This document shows, one piece after another, positions 11,239 to 25,021 of a stretch of DNA of 64,000 nt; the stretch's first letter is position 1, and every line of letters starts with the position of its first letter. The notes below the pieces were generated by a model. That model made no database searches. It was given only the letters and a program-made list of their open reading frames with translations, and was not told where the DNA came from. The position numbers and the translations under genes are program-made. The stretch is from Burkholderiales bacterium (lineage in GTDB: Bacteria; Pseudomonadota; Gammaproteobacteria; Burkholderiales; SG8-41): the NCBI GenBank assembly GCA_019635015.1, contig JAHCAG010000001.1:67244-131243 (forward strand), written 5' to 3'.

Positions 11239-12150
11239 ATGATCAGGCAGCGCACATTGAAAAACGTGATCCGCGCCACCGGCGTGGGTCTGCACACGGG
11301 CGAAAAGGTCCATCTGACCCTGCGCCCGGCGCAGCCGCACACCGGCATCGTGTTCCGCAGGACCGACCTCGAGCCTCCGGTCGAGATCAGGGCGGATCCC
11401 TATGCGGTGCACGACACCCGGCTGTCGTCCTGCCTCGAGAAGGACGGCGCGCGGGTGCAGACGGTCGAGCATCTGATGTCGGCCCTGGCGGGGCTTGGCG
11501 TGGACAATGTCTGGATCGACGTGACGGCGCCGGAGGTGCCGATCATGGACGGCAGCGCCGGTCCCTTCGTGTTCCTGCTGCAGTCGGCCGGCATTGAAGA
11601 ACAGGAAGCGCCGAAAAAATTCATCCGAATCCTGAAGCCGGTCGAGGTTCGCGACGGCGACAAGTGGGTGCGTTTTGATCCCCACAACGGTTTCCGTCTC
11701 GAACTGGCGATCGACTATGCGCACCCCGTGTTCGACGCCAGCGCGCAGTCGGTGGTGGTTGATTTTTCCTCCACGTCCTATGTCAATGAAGTGGCGCGTG
11801 CCCGCACCTTCGGTTTCATGCAGGATGTGGAGAGCATGCGTTCGCAGGGACTCGCCCTGGGCGGCAGCCTGGACAACGCGATCGTGATGGACGAGTACCG
11901 CGTGCTCAACAGCGACGGACTCCGCTACGACAATGAATTCGTCAAGCACAAGGTACTCGACGCGATCGGGGACCTCTACCTGCTGGGCCATCCCCTGATC
12001 GGCGCGTTCAGCGGCCACAAGTCGGGGCATGCCATGAACAACCGCCTGCTGCGCAGCCTGCTGGAACAGCCCAAGGCCTGGGAATACGCCAGTTTTGACC
12101 GCAACGAAGACGCGCCCCCGTTCCTCGCCTGGCAGCCCCAGGCGGCTTGA
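11239..12150 (+). CDS. lpxC: UDP-3-O-acyl-GlcNAc deacetylase LpxC
   Basis: Motifs [34 protein letters not shown] and [10 protein letters not shown]. Usual position after ftsZ. Confidence 0.95.
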   Translation: MIRQRTLKNVIRATGVGLHTGEKVHLTLRPAQPHTGIVFRRTDLEPPVEIRADPYAVHDTRLSSCLEKDGARVQTVEHLMSALAGLGVDNVWIDVTAPEVPIMDGSAGPFVFLLQSAGIEEQEAPKKFIRILKPVEVRDGDKWVRFDPHNGFRLELAIDYAHPVFDASAQSVVVDFSSTSYVNEVARARTFGFMQDVESMRSQGLALGGSLDNAIVMDEYRVLNSDGLRYDNEFVKHKVLDAIGDLYLLGHPLIGAFSGHKSGHAMNNRLLRSLLEQPKAWEYASFDRNEDAPPFLAWQPQAA

Positions 12151-12179
12151 CCGGCCCTAGCCCGGGGTAAGGTCATCCC

Positions 12180-12365
12180 ATGCTGTTGCTGCGACTCGTC
12201 GGCATTCTGGCCCTGGTGGCCATCGGTGTTTCTTTTGCGCTCTACGCGGTGTCGAGGGACCGGCGTTATCTGCGTTTTGCCTGGCGGGTTTTTCTGGGCA
12301 CGCTGGGTTTCGCGGTCCTGCTGATGCTGTTTTATGCCGCCGAGCGTTTTCTGATGATCCTCTGA
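12180..12365 (+). CDS. Small hypothetical membrane protein (61 aa, two predicted TM helices)
   Basis: ORF with two hydrophobic stretches and G/C-biased third positions. No family recognised. Confidence 0.4.
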   Translation: MLLLRLVGILALVAIGVSFALYAVSRDRRYLRFAWRVFLGTLGFAVLLMLFYAAERFLMIL

Positions 12366-12375
12366 GCGGGCGGCA

Positions 12376-12816
12376 TCAGCCCCCGCCCCGGCGCCTGGCG
12401 GCGAAACGGGCCAGGGCCGAGCGCAGGCCGGGGTCGCGGACCCGGCCCGACAGTTTCTCAAAATCATCAATTAAATCAATGGGTAGCGCCGTTTTTTCGG
12501 AGTGAGCCCGGGGTGCGGATTGTTGTCCGGAAACTTGAACTTGGATCCGGATTCCAGTAACCTGCGCGCTCTGCTTTTGCAGGTTCTTCAGCAGTCGGGG
12601 CATGATCTGCTTCAGTTTTGCCGCGATTGCACCGTTGTCTGCCGCTATGACCAGCGTGCCGTTGTGGTCTCCGACCACCCGGCTTGCCAGGGACAGTTCA
12701 GGGGGTGCGCAGACCGTATAAAGCCGTTGCAGCGCTGAAATGCGCTGCGTTGCCCGGTTCAGTGCTGACAAGCCCGCTGTTTCTACAATCAGGGCGCTGA
12801 ATTTGCGGGTGGGCAT
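12376..12816 (-). CDS. DUF721 (DciA-like) protein
   Basis: The core SRVVGDHNGTLVIAADNGAIAAKLKQIMPRLLKNL fits the DUF721 pattern. Same lpxC / DUF721 / M23 / secA neighbourhood as in other proteobacteria. Confidence 0.6.
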   Translation of the reverse strand: MPTRKFSALIVETAGLSALNRATQRISALQRLYTVCAPPELSLASRVVGDHNGTLVIAADNGAIAAKLKQIMPRLLKNLQKQSAQVTGIRIQVQVSGQQSAPRAHSEKTALPIDLIDDFEKLSGRVRDPGLRSALARFAARRRGGG

Positions 12817-12836
12817 GGCGAAAAGGGAGTTTGACC

Positions 12837-13754
12837 ATGAATATTATTCTGGTTTCCGAGAAACTGCCAAAGGCGCGGACCATCACGCTGGGATGGCCGC
12901 ATCTCGCTGGCCTGGCTTCATTGCTGATGGTAATGGTGCTGACGCTGGCCGGCGCACTTAATTACGGCATTTTGCGCTTTGCCTCGGAACTGAACATTCC
13001 CTACGTCAGGGATGTGCTGGTGACCATACACCAGCAGCAGCAGGAAAAAAACCAGTCCTACCTGCAGGACAACCTCAATGCGATGGCGGTACGGCTGGGA
13101 CAGATGCAAGCCCAGCTGCTGCGTCTGGACACCCTGGGTGAACGCCTGGCCAAGCTGGCCGGATTCAAGCCACAGGATCTGATGTTCAACGAGATCCCGG
13201 GGCGCGGCGGGGCCCTGTCCTCGATACCGAGCCAGAATCTTTCGCTCGGTGATTTCACGCGCCAGGTCGAGCAATTGACGCGCCAGCTCGAGGATCGCGG
13301 CGACAAGCTGGGTCTGCTGGAATCCATGTTCACGCTGGAAAGCGCCCGCAAGAAACTGACGCCGACCAAGCTGCCGGTGGAGGGCGGCTGGTACTCCTCC
13401 AACTTCGGCTGGCGCATCGATCCGTTCACCGGTCAGCGCGCTTTTCACGAAGGCATAGACTTCATGGCGGAAGAAGGAACGCCGATTTACGCTGCAGCCG
13501 CAGGCGTCGTTGTCTACTCAGAGTTCCATCCTCAATATGGTAATATGATCGAGGTCGATCACGGCAATGATCTGATCACGCGGTATGCACACGCTTCGAA
13601 ACGTCTGGTGAAGGTTGGGGACATCGTGCTGCGCGGTTCCCGGATTGCAGATGTCGGCAGGACCGGGCGTGCAACAGGCGCGCATTTGCACTTTGAGGTG
13701 CGCCAGCGTGGTGCCGCGCGCAACCCCGCGCAGTTTCTGCAATTGCCCGGCTGA
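12837..13754 (+). CDS. M23-family metallopeptidase (N-terminal TM + coiled coil)
   Basis: M23 motifs HEGIDF, YGNMIEVDHG and GAHLHFEV. ATG 12837 lies 7 nt after AAGGGAG. Confidence 0.88.
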   Translation: MNIILVSEKLPKARTITLGWPHLAGLASLLMVMVLTLAGALNYGILRFASELNIPYVRDVLVTIHQQQQEKNQSYLQDNLNAMAVRLGQMQAQLLRLDTLGERLAKLAGFKPQDLMFNEIPGRGGALSSIPSQNLSLGDFTRQVEQLTRQLEDRGDKLGLLESMFTLESARKKLTPTKLPVEGGWYSSNFGWRIDPFTGQRAFHEGIDFMAEEGTPIYAAAAGVVVYSEFHPQYGNMIEVDHGNDLITRYAHASKRLVKVGDIVLRGSRIADVGRTGRATGAHLHFEVRQRGAARNPAQFLQLPG

Positions 13755-13781
13755 ACGGCTGTACCGATAGCTCGAATTGCA

Positions 13782-13808
13782 GGGGTGGGATTTTCCCACC
13801 CCTTTTTT
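13782..13808 (+). terminator. Intrinsic terminator-type hairpin after the M23 gene, directly before secA
   Basis: GGGGTGGGA (13782-90) pairs perfectly with TCCCACCCC (13794-802) around loop TTT, followed by TTTTTT (13803-08). Confidence 0.8.
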
Positions 13809-13821
13809 ATTCAGGATGTCC

Positions 13822-16608
<2,787 letters not shown>

Positions 16609-16612
16609 CACC

Positions 16613-17851
<1,239 letters not shown>

Positions 17852-17869
17852 TTTTCTGAATAAAAACAA

Positions 17870-18778
17870 ATGGCTATGAATAAGAAGCCGCCTGCAGATC
17901 CGGTCGCCTCATGGGAGGCCTTGGCAGCGCGTGCCGAGGGCGTGCTGGGCCGGCTCGAGCAACTGCTGCCGCCCCCGCCTCCGCCGGTCGACTGGAAAGC
18001 ATCGATTGCGTTCCGCTGGCGCAAGAAGTCTGGGCAGGGAACCCTGGAACCGATACACCAGGTGCATCGCATCGATCTGCGCGACCTGCAGGGCATCGAT
18101 GACCAGAAGGACCTGGTCGAGCGCAACACCCGGCAATTCGTCGACGGATTGCCCGCGAACAACGTCCTGCTCACCGGCGCCCGCGGCACCGGCAAGTCGT
18201 CGCTGGTCAAGGCGCTGCTGAACAAGTATGCATCACGCGGCCTGCGGCTGATCGAAGTGGAGAAGCGAGACCTGACCGATCTGTCGGACATCGTCGAGCT
18301 GATTCACGCGCGTCCCGAACGTTTCATTCTCTACTGCGATGACCTGTCGTTCGAGGCCGATGAGCCCGGCTACAAGGCGCTGAAGGTAGTACTCGACGGC
18401 TCGGTCGCCGCTGCGTCGGACAACTGCCTGATCTATGCGACCTCGAACCGCCGCCACCTGATGCCCGAGTTCATGCAGGAGAATCTCGAGTACCGGCACG
18501 TCGGCGAGGAAATCCATCCCGGCGAGACCAGTGAAGAAAAGATTTCGCTGTCCGAGCGTTTCGGCCTCTGGGTTTCGTTCTATCCCTTTGACCAGGACGA
18601 GTACCTGCGTATCGTCCGTGTCTGGCTGGACCATTTCAAGGTGCCGACCGGCAAAGCCGCGGAGGTAGAGCATGCCGCGCTGCAATGGGCGCTGCTGCGC
18701 GGGTCCCGCAGTGGCCGTGTGGCCTGGCAGTTTGCGCGCGACTGGGCGGGCCGTTCGCGGCTGGCGCGCCGCAAGTAG
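17870..18778 (+). CDS. DUF815-type AAA ATPase
   Basis: Walker A (LLTGARGTGKSSLVKALL) and Walker B (ILYCDDLSF). The overall pattern matches the DUF815 family. Confidence 0.75.
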   Translation: MAMNKKPPADPVASWEALAARAEGVLGRLEQLLPPPPPPVDWKASIAFRWRKKSGQGTLEPIHQVHRIDLRDLQGIDDQKDLVERNTRQFVDGLPANNVLLTGARGTGKSSLVKALLNKYASRGLRLIEVEKRDLTDLSDIVELIHARPERFILYCDDLSFEADEPGYKALKVVLDGSVAAASDNCLIYATSNRRHLMPEFMQENLEYRHVGEEIHPGETSEEKISLSERFGLWVSFYPFDQDEYLRIVRVWLDHFKVPTGKAAEVEHAALQWALLRGSRSGRVAWQFARDWAGRSRLARRK

Positions 18779-18783
18779 AGCCG

Positions 18784-19743
18784 ATGGCTGAACAGCCGGC
18801 GGGCCGCCGCCGCATTGCGGTGGTTGCCGCGGTGCTGCAGCAGGCGGACGGCCGTTTTCTGCTGGCCCAGCGCCCGCCGGGCAAGGCCTACGCAGGATAC
18901 TGGGAATTTCCCGGCGGCAAGGTCGAAAACGGCGAGTCGCCTGAAGCGGCGCTGTCGCGCGAACTTCACGAGGAACTCGGCATCGAGGTCACTGCTGCCT
19001 ATCCCTGGCTGATCCGCGAATTCGATTACCCGCATGCCGATGTCCGGCTGCATTTTTTCCGGGTACGGGGCTGGCGCGGCGAGCTTCACGGGCGCGAATC
19101 CCAGGCTTTCGCCTGGCAACGGCTGGAGGCTGTCGATGTGGCTCCCCTGCTGCCGGCCAACGGCCCGATCATGCGCGCGCTGGGGGTGCCGGAGACCTAC
19201 GGCATTACAGGATTCGCTGCGGCTGAATATCCTGCGGCCCTGGAGCGCATCGACCGTGCATTGCGCAACGGACTGCGCCTGGTCCAGGTGCGGGGCAGCA
19301 GGGGCTGGCCTCCGGATCTCTTCGCGCGTTATACGGCGGAGGTGGTCGAGCTGGCACATGCCTGTGGTGCGCGGGTGCTGGTCAATGCCGACATCGAACT
19401 CGCGCGGCGCAGCGGCGCCGACGGCGTGCACCTGACCGCGACACAGCTGCAGGGTATCGTGCGGCGTCCGGATTTTCCGCTGGTGGGCGCATCCTGTCAC
19501 GACAGCGCCGAACTGCGGCTTGCCGAAGCGGCGGGTGCGGACTTTGCGGTGCTTGGACCGGTGCTGCCGACCCCGACGCATCCTGATGCGCTGCCGCTCG
19601 GCTGGGCCGGTTTCCGGCGCCTGGTTGCGGATACGAAGATTCCGGTATTGGCCCTCGGGGGCATGCGGCCCGAACACCGGGAGCAGGCGCTGGAGAGCGG
19701 TGCCCATGGCCTGGCCATGCTGCGCGGGGCCTGGGGCGGCTAG
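18784..19743 (+). CDS. Nudix (MutT-like) hydrolase fused to a thiamine-phosphate-synthase/TenI-like domain
   Basis: Nudix box GYWEFPGGKVENGESPEAALSRELHEELGI. The C-terminal half carries TMP-TENI-like GADGVHL and ALGGM motifs. Confidence 0.8.
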   Translation: MAEQPAGRRRIAVVAAVLQQADGRFLLAQRPPGKAYAGYWEFPGGKVENGESPEAALSRELHEELGIEVTAAYPWLIREFDYPHADVRLHFFRVRGWRGELHGRESQAFAWQRLEAVDVAPLLPANGPIMRALGVPETYGITGFAAAEYPAALERIDRALRNGLRLVQVRGSRGWPPDLFARYTAEVVELAHACGARVLVNADIELARRSGADGVHLTATQLQGIVRRPDFPLVGASCHDSAELRLAEAAGADFAVLGPVLPTPTHPDALPLGWAGFRRLVADTKIPVLALGGMRPEHREQALESGAHGLAMLRGAWGG

Positions 19744-19944
19744 TCAGTTCGGACGCGGCGCCTCGTCGGCGTCGGGCAGTGACGACTCGTCGGATTCAGG
19801 AACCGGCACACGGTAACGCTCCGTGGCCCAGGCGCCGAGGTCAATCATTTTGCAGCGTTCCGAACAGAACGGCCGGAAACGGTTGGCAGGATTCCATTCA
19901 ATGCTGGCCCCGCACTGGGGGCAGGATACTATCCTTCCCGCCAT
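19744..19944 (-). CDS. yacG: DNA gyrase inhibitor YacG (zinc ribbon)
   Basis: 66 aa with CPQCG...[14 protein letters not shown]. Last gene of the coaE-zapD-yacG group. Confidence 0.88.
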   Translation of the reverse strand: MAGRIVSCPQCGASIEWNPANRFRPFCSERCKMIDLGAWATERYRVPVPESDESSLPDADEAPRPN

Positions 19945-19947
19945 GGT

Positions 19948-20757
19948 TCAGAGATTGCAGAAGGTCAGCTCGAACTCGACATCCGTGTCCGATGCCCTGG
20001 GACGCTGGATGCCTTCCTGGGTGGTGAAGCGGATGTTCAGTGCGTACTTGTTGGCACTGATTTCCGGTATGCAGGCGTAGTCACCGGACAGGCCGATGCG
20101 CAGCATCTGTGCCATGCGCCCGGCCATCATCTGCTGGTAGACCCCCTGCTGCGCGGTCTGTGCGGTGGTCTTGCCGCTTTCCCGCAGCAGCCGCAGCACG
20201 ATGTTGATGGCATCGCGGGTCGGCAGGAACGGCGCCAGCCATTGCTGCAGGTCGTGGCGGCGGACTTCGGTGGTCTGCTGCAGCCAGTAATGGTAGGAGG
20301 GCAGATCAAACTCGCAGACGCCGCCGGGGATGGCCGTGCGCTGCTTGATGCTCATCAGCCACTCGTTTTCCCGCAGTTCCTGCCCTACCTTGCCGGATGC
20401 CTGGAACAGACGCGACGATGCCTGGTCGATTTGCCACAGCACGTTGTCGAGGGCTTCCTCGGAAATGTCGGGGTTCTCGCGCAGGGCTTCCAGGGTCTGT
20501 TTCTGCCGTTCCAGTTCCTGCAGCAGATCGGACTTGAGGTCGGCACGGCTGGCCACCTCCAGAATCTCGAATATCAGCAGCAGCGCGACGTGGTGCTCCG
20601 GCGAATCGTTGCGGCCCTGAAAATACCCGATGCGTTCGAACAGATCCTCCAGGCGCAGCAAGGTGCGCACGCGCTCGCTCAGCGGATGTTCGTAGACAAT
20701 CACGTCCTGTGCGCCCGATGGCAAGGTTGGAAATGCGGTTGCGGGAGTATCAAACAA
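19948..20757 (-). CDS. zapD: Cell division protein ZapD
   Basis: The N-terminal YEHPLSERVRTLLRLEDLF motif is typical of ZapD/YacF. The only in-frame start is TTG 20757 and no SD is visible. Confidence 0.8.
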   Translation of the reverse strand: MFDTPATAFPTLPSGAQDVIVYEHPLSERVRTLLRLEDLFERIGYFQGRNDSPEHHVALLLIFEILEVASRADLKSDLLQELERQKQTLEALRENPDISEEALDNVLWQIDQASSRLFQASGKVGQELRENEWLMSIKQRTAIPGGVCEFDLPSYHYWLQQTTEVRRHDLQQWLAPFLPTRDAINIVLRLLRESGKTTAQTAQQGVYQQMMAGRMAQMLRIGLSGDYACIPEISANKYALNIRFTTQEGIQRPRASDTDVEFELTFCNL

Positions 20758-20777
20758 AAACCAGAAAAAATAAAGGC

Positions 20778-21398
20778 TTAATGCCGTTTCAGGCCTTCGT
20801 CCGCCGCCAGTTTCACGTATTTGTCGTGGAGCATGGTGACCTGGCGGCGCAGCTCCTCCACATCCCCGTCATTGCGGATGACGTCGTCTGCGCGTGCCAG
20901 CCGTTCATTGCGGGGGATCTGCGCCGCCATGATCGCCCGTACCGAGGATTCGTCAAGACGGCTGCGGGCAATGGTACGGCTGACCTGCAGCGCTTCGTCG
21001 CAATCAACCACCAGTATGCGCCGGACGATGTCGCGGTAGGCGCCGGTTTCCAGAAGCAGCGGCACAACCAGCAGCACATAGGGCGCAGTTGATTCGTTGA
21101 CACGGCTGCGCGCGGTTTCGCGGATGCGCGGATGCAGGATGTCCTCAAGCTGCCGGCGGGCCAGTGCATCGCCGAAAATCCGCTGTCGCATTGCCGCGCG
21201 GTCCAGGCTGCCGTCAGCCGCTGCCGCTGCCGCCCCGAAGGCGGCGACAATCTCGGGCATGGCACTGCCGCCGCTGGCGGTGATCTGGTGGGAAATTTCG
21301 TCCGTGTCGACCACGCCGGCGCCCATTTCGCCGAACATGGCCGCCGCACGTGATTTGCCGGACCCGATGCCGCCGGTGATGCCGACGCAATACGGCAT
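20778..21398 (-). CDS. coaE: Dephospho-CoA kinase
   Basis: P-loop GITGGIGSGKS at the N-terminus; 206 aa; sits downstream of pilD. Confidence 0.92.
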   Translation of the reverse strand: MPYCVGITGGIGSGKSRAAAMFGEMGAGVVDTDEISHQITASGGSAMPEIVAAFGAAAAAADGSLDRAAMRQRIFGDALARRQLEDILHPRIRETARSRVNESTAPYVLLVVPLLLETGAYRDIVRRILVVDCDEALQVSRTIARSRLDESSVRAIMAAQIPRNERLARADDVIRNDGDVEELRRQVTMLHDKYVKLAADEGLKRH

Positions 21399-21401
21399 CG
21401 G

Positions 21402-22244
21402 TCAGAGCGGGCCGAACCAGGCGCGGGTCAGCGCCGGTCCATGGGCGAGCGCGATCAGTCCGGCAATCGCGAGGTACGGACCGAAGGGTATGGGCATGCT
21501 GCGGCCGCGTCCGGCAAACACGATCAATCCGATGCCGATCACGGCGCCGACCAGCGAGGAGAGCAGGATGGTGAGCGGCAGCATCTGCCAGCCCAGCCAG
21601 GCGCCGATCGCGGCCAGCAGCTTGAAGTCGCCGTAACCCATGCCTTCCTTGCCGGTCGCCCATTTGAATACCCAGTACACCGTCCACAGGCTCAGGTAGC
21701 CGGCGGCGGCGCCTATGACGGCGGACTGCAGCGGCGCGAAAGTGCCGTTGATGTTGACCAGCAGTCCCGCCCAGAGCAGGGGCAGGGTCAGGCTGTCAGG
21801 CAGGTAAAAGGTGTCAAGATCGATGAAGGTCAGCGCGATCATCGTCCACGCGAACAGCAGCGCAGCTGCCGCCGCCAGCCCGAAACCGAAGTGCCAGGCG
21901 AGATATGCCGAGAGCGCGGCAGTGAGCGCCTCAACCGCGGGATACCGGACGGAGATGGGGGCCTTGCAGCCAGCACATTTGCCGCGCAGCACGATCCAGC
22001 TGAGCAGCGGGATGTTTTCGACGGCCCTGATCGGCCGGCTGCAGGAAGGGCATGCCGAGCGGGGCGCAACGAGATTGTAGTGCTCCGTTGCCGGCGCTTC
22101 CTCGCCGTTCAACTCCGCGCATTCCACCCGCCATTGCCGTTCCATCATTTTCGGCAGGCGGTGGATGACGACGTTGAGAAAACTGCCGATGCACAATCCG
22201 GCCAGCGCGGCGCTCAATGCGAAAACAATGGGGTCTGACAGCAT
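21402..22244 (-). CDS. pilD: Prepilin peptidase / N-methyltransferase PilD
   Basis: Polytopic membrane protein with a Cys-rich cytoplasmic loop (CPSC...CAGC) and A24 peptidase motifs (GMGYGDFKLLAAIG). Confidence 0.9.
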   Translation of the reverse strand: MLSDPIVFALSAALAGLCIGSFLNVVIHRLPKMMERQWRVECAELNGEEAPATEHYNLVAPRSACPSCSRPIRAVENIPLLSWIVLRGKCAGCKAPISVRYPAVEALTAALSAYLAWHFGFGLAAAAALLFAWTMIALTFIDLDTFYLPDSLTLPLLWAGLLVNINGTFAPLQSAVIGAAAGYLSLWTVYWVFKWATGKEGMGYGDFKLLAAIGAWLGWQMLPLTILLSSLVGAVIGIGLIVFAGRGRSMPIPFGPYLAIAGLIALAHGPALTRAWFGPL

Positions 22245-22324
22245 GACTGGAGTGTGGCTCGAACTGCCGGCTTAAGCGGCAAAAACGCAGCCCGCCGGCT
22301 GCGGCGTGGTTGCGCGGGGGAGGC

Positions 22325-23554
22325 CTATACCGCGGACCCCAGCTTGAAGATCGGCAGGTACATGGCGATCACCATGCCGCCAATCAGCGTGCCGAGTATG
22401 ACCATGATCATCGGCTCCATCAGGCTGGACAGCGCTTCCACGGCGTCATCCACCTCGGCCTCGAAAAAGTCGGCGACCTTGCTAAGCATCTGGTCCAGCG
22501 AGCCGGCTTCCTCGCCGATCATCGTCATCTGGATCACCATGTTCGGAAACACCTCGGTGCCCTGCATCGACGAGGTCAGGCTGGACCCGGTGGCGACTTC
22601 CGACTGGATTTTCTTGGTGGCCACGTAATACTCGTAATTGCCCGCTGCACCGGCCACCGAACCCAGGGCTTCGACCAGCGGCACACCCGCGGCAAACATG
22701 GTGGCGAGCGTGCGCGTCCAGCGCGCGATCGATGATTTGCGGATCAGGTCGCCGAACACCGGCACGCGCAGTGCAAAACGGTCCATGAACATCTGCATTT
22801 TCGTGGATCGCTTCCAGGTCCAGAAAAATGCGTAGAGGGCGGCACCGGTGCCGCCGAAAAGATAGAACCAGTTGGCCACCACGAAGTCGGATATGGCCAT
22901 CACGATCAGCGTCGGCGCCGGCAGGTCGGCGCCGAAACTCTTGAACACGTCCTTGAACGCCGGGATCACGAAAATCATGATGATGGCGGTGATGACCACC
23001 GCCACCACCATGATCGCGATCGGGTAGAACAGCGCGGACTTGATCTTGCTCTTGATGGCGAGGATCTTTTCCTTGTAGGTTGCCAGGCGGTCGAGCAGGC
23101 TTTCCAGGATACCGGCGGCTTCGCCGGCGCCGACCAGGTTGCAGAACAGCGCATCAAAATGCAGCGGGTGTTTTTCAAAAGCCTGTTTCAGGCTCATGCC
23201 GGTTTCGACATCGGCCTTGATGGTCATCAGCAGGCGGGCAACCGCCGGGTTGCTGTGGCCCTTGCCGACGATGTCGAAGGCCTGCAGCAGCGGAACGCCT
23301 GATTTCATCATGGTGGCCAGCTGGCGGGTGAAGAGCGTGATGTCCTTTTCGGAAACCGATCCGCCGGTGCCGATCCTCTGCTTTTTGACCTCGACGATCT
23401 TGATGCCCTGGCGGCGCAGCACGGCATTGACCTGCGCCTCGCCGCCAGCCTGCATTTCGCCGCGCACGGTTTTGCCCGCACGGTCCTGGCCGACCCAGCG
23501 GAAGGTATATTCTTTGATCTCGGATTTACGAGCGGCGGCGGCTGCGGTTGCCAT
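22325..23554 (-). CDS. pilC: Type IV pilus platform protein PilC (GspF family)
   Basis: 409 aa with a duplicated GspF-type domain and three TM segments. Lies upstream of pilD. Confidence 0.9.
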   Translation of the reverse strand: MATAAAAARKSEIKEYTFRWVGQDRAGKTVRGEMQAGGEAQVNAVLRRQGIKIVEVKKQRIGTGGSVSEKDITLFTRQLATMMKSGVPLLQAFDIVGKGHSNPAVARLLMTIKADVETGMSLKQAFEKHPLHFDALFCNLVGAGEAAGILESLLDRLATYKEKILAIKSKIKSALFYPIAIMVVAVVITAIIMIFVIPAFKDVFKSFGADLPAPTLIVMAISDFVVANWFYLFGGTGAALYAFFWTWKRSTKMQMFMDRFALRVPVFGDLIRKSSIARWTRTLATMFAAGVPLVEALGSVAGAAGNYEYYVATKKIQSEVATGSSLTSSMQGTEVFPNMVIQMTMIGEEAGSLDQMLSKVADFFEAEVDDAVEALSSLMEPMIMVILGTLIGGMVIAMYLPIFKLGSAV

Positions 23555-23662
23555 GGCGGACCTCCAAATTTCTTCGATGAACCAATAGGTTACGATCGGT
23601 TATTCGCTGAATGATGCCCGTCCCGCACGGTGTTGTAAAGGCTGTGGACGGAGTTTCACGGC

Positions 23663-24958
23663 CTATTTGGCGGAAGGCGTGAATACCCGCACACTTTTGA
23701 TGATCCGGTCCTGGGTCTGGACGATTTCCAGCGGGTGTCCGGCGATGCGTACGCTGGTATTGGGTTCGGGGATGTCCTGCAGGTGCTCCAGGATCAGCCC
23801 GTTCAGGGTTTTCGGGCCGTCCAGCGGGAAATCGAAACCGAGCTTGCGGTTGAGTTCACGCAGCAGGGTGCTGCCTTCGATGACATAGCTGCCATCCGGC
23901 TGGGGGTGCAGGCCGCGGGCCATCAGGGGCGACTGGGTGGTGAACTCGCCGATGATTTCCTCGAGGATGTCTTCCAGGGTGACCAGGCCCATGATTTCCC
24001 CGTATTCATCGACCACCAGGCTGACCCGGTCCTGGTGCTCCTGGAAATTCTGGATCTGCGACAGCAAAGGCGTGGAAGAGGGCACGAAATAGGGCTCGCG
24101 GATCATGTCGCGCACGCTCTCGTGCGTCAGTTCCTCGCGCTGGATCAGGGTAAGAGCGTGTCTCACACGCAGCGTGCCAATCACGTTGTCCAGCTGGTCC
24201 TGGTAGACGACCACCCGCCGGTGATGCGCCGTCGAAATCTGCTGCGCGAGTTCTTCCAGCGGCAGATCGATGTTGATGCCCTCGATCTGGTTGCGCGGCA
24301 CCATCACGTCATCGACCGTGATTGCGCCGATCTCGAGCAGATTGAGCAGCACCGAGGCATGCTTTTTCGGCAGCACGTTGGAGGATTCCAGCACGATGGT
24401 GCGGATTTCGTCGATGGACAGCGGCTGCGGTCCGGTTTCCTGGGGCTGAAGGCGCAGCACGCGCAGAGCGAATCCGAGCACGGCATCGGTGGACACCGTC
24501 AGCAGGTGGACAAAAGGCGCGGTGACGGCGGCCAGCCCGCGCATCGGCCAGGAAACATAACGCGAAATGTTCTCTGCGCTGTGCTGCCCGAGGCGCTTGG
24601 GCACGATTTCACCGACCACGATGGAGAAATAGGTGACGGTCACCACCACCACTGCAGTGGCGATGACGTTGCTGGTCCGGCTCTCCAGGCCCTGCTCCTG
24701 CAGCCAGACGGCGAAGGGTGCGGCGAGGATGGCTTCGCCGACGATGCCGTTGAGCAGGCCGATCGAGGTGATGCCGATCTGCACCGTCGACAGGAAACGT
24801 GTCGGATCGGCGCTCAGCTTGACCGCGGCAGCGGCCAGTTTGTCGCCTCGCTGCGCCAGGGTGGCCAGTTTCGACTGGCGCGCGGTCAGCAGTGCGACCT
24901 CGGACATTGCAAATGCGCCGTTCAGCAGGATCAGACAGGCGAGGATCAGTATTTCCAT
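23663..24958 (-). CDS. CNNM/DUF21-CBS-CorC_HlyC family transporter-associated protein
   Basis: N-terminal DUF21 TM region, a CBS pair, and a C-terminal CorC/HlyC-type domain. Confidence 0.85.
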   Translation of the reverse strand: MEILILACLILLNGAFAMSEVALLTARQSKLATLAQRGDKLAAAAVKLSADPTRFLSTVQIGITSIGLLNGIVGEAILAAPFAVWLQEQGLESRTSNVIATAVVVVTVTYFSIVVGEIVPKRLGQHSAENISRYVSWPMRGLAAVTAPFVHLLTVSTDAVLGFALRVLRLQPQETGPQPLSIDEIRTIVLESSNVLPKKHASVLLNLLEIGAITVDDVMVPRNQIEGINIDLPLEELAQQISTAHHRRVVVYQDQLDNVIGTLRVRHALTLIQREELTHESVRDMIREPYFVPSSTPLLSQIQNFQEHQDRVSLVVDEYGEIMGLVTLEDILEEIIGEFTTQSPLMARGLHPQPDGSYVIEGSTLLRELNRKLGFDFPLDGPKTLNGLILEHLQDIPEPNTSVRIAGHPLEIVQTQDRIIKSVRVFTPSAK

Positions 24959-25021
24959 GGAATCACCTCAAACATGTGGCGGGAGGGCGTCGAATCACGG
25001 CGCCTTCGCGGGGCGAGGCAG

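Noticed and set aside
4519-11348. Very long minus-strand ORFs (4519-6045, 5721-6947, 7572-9782 at 736 aa, 9903-11348) across murC-ftsZ
   Set aside because: Each is antisense to a confidently identified dcw gene, and some span two genes. Their composition is low-complexity Arg/His/Ala-rich with no family motifs.
19741-19746. Convergent Nudix-fusion and yacG genes with abutting stop codons (TAG|TCA) and no terminator
   Set aside because: Zero-spacer convergent ends are common in compact genomes. No structure was seen that needs explaining.
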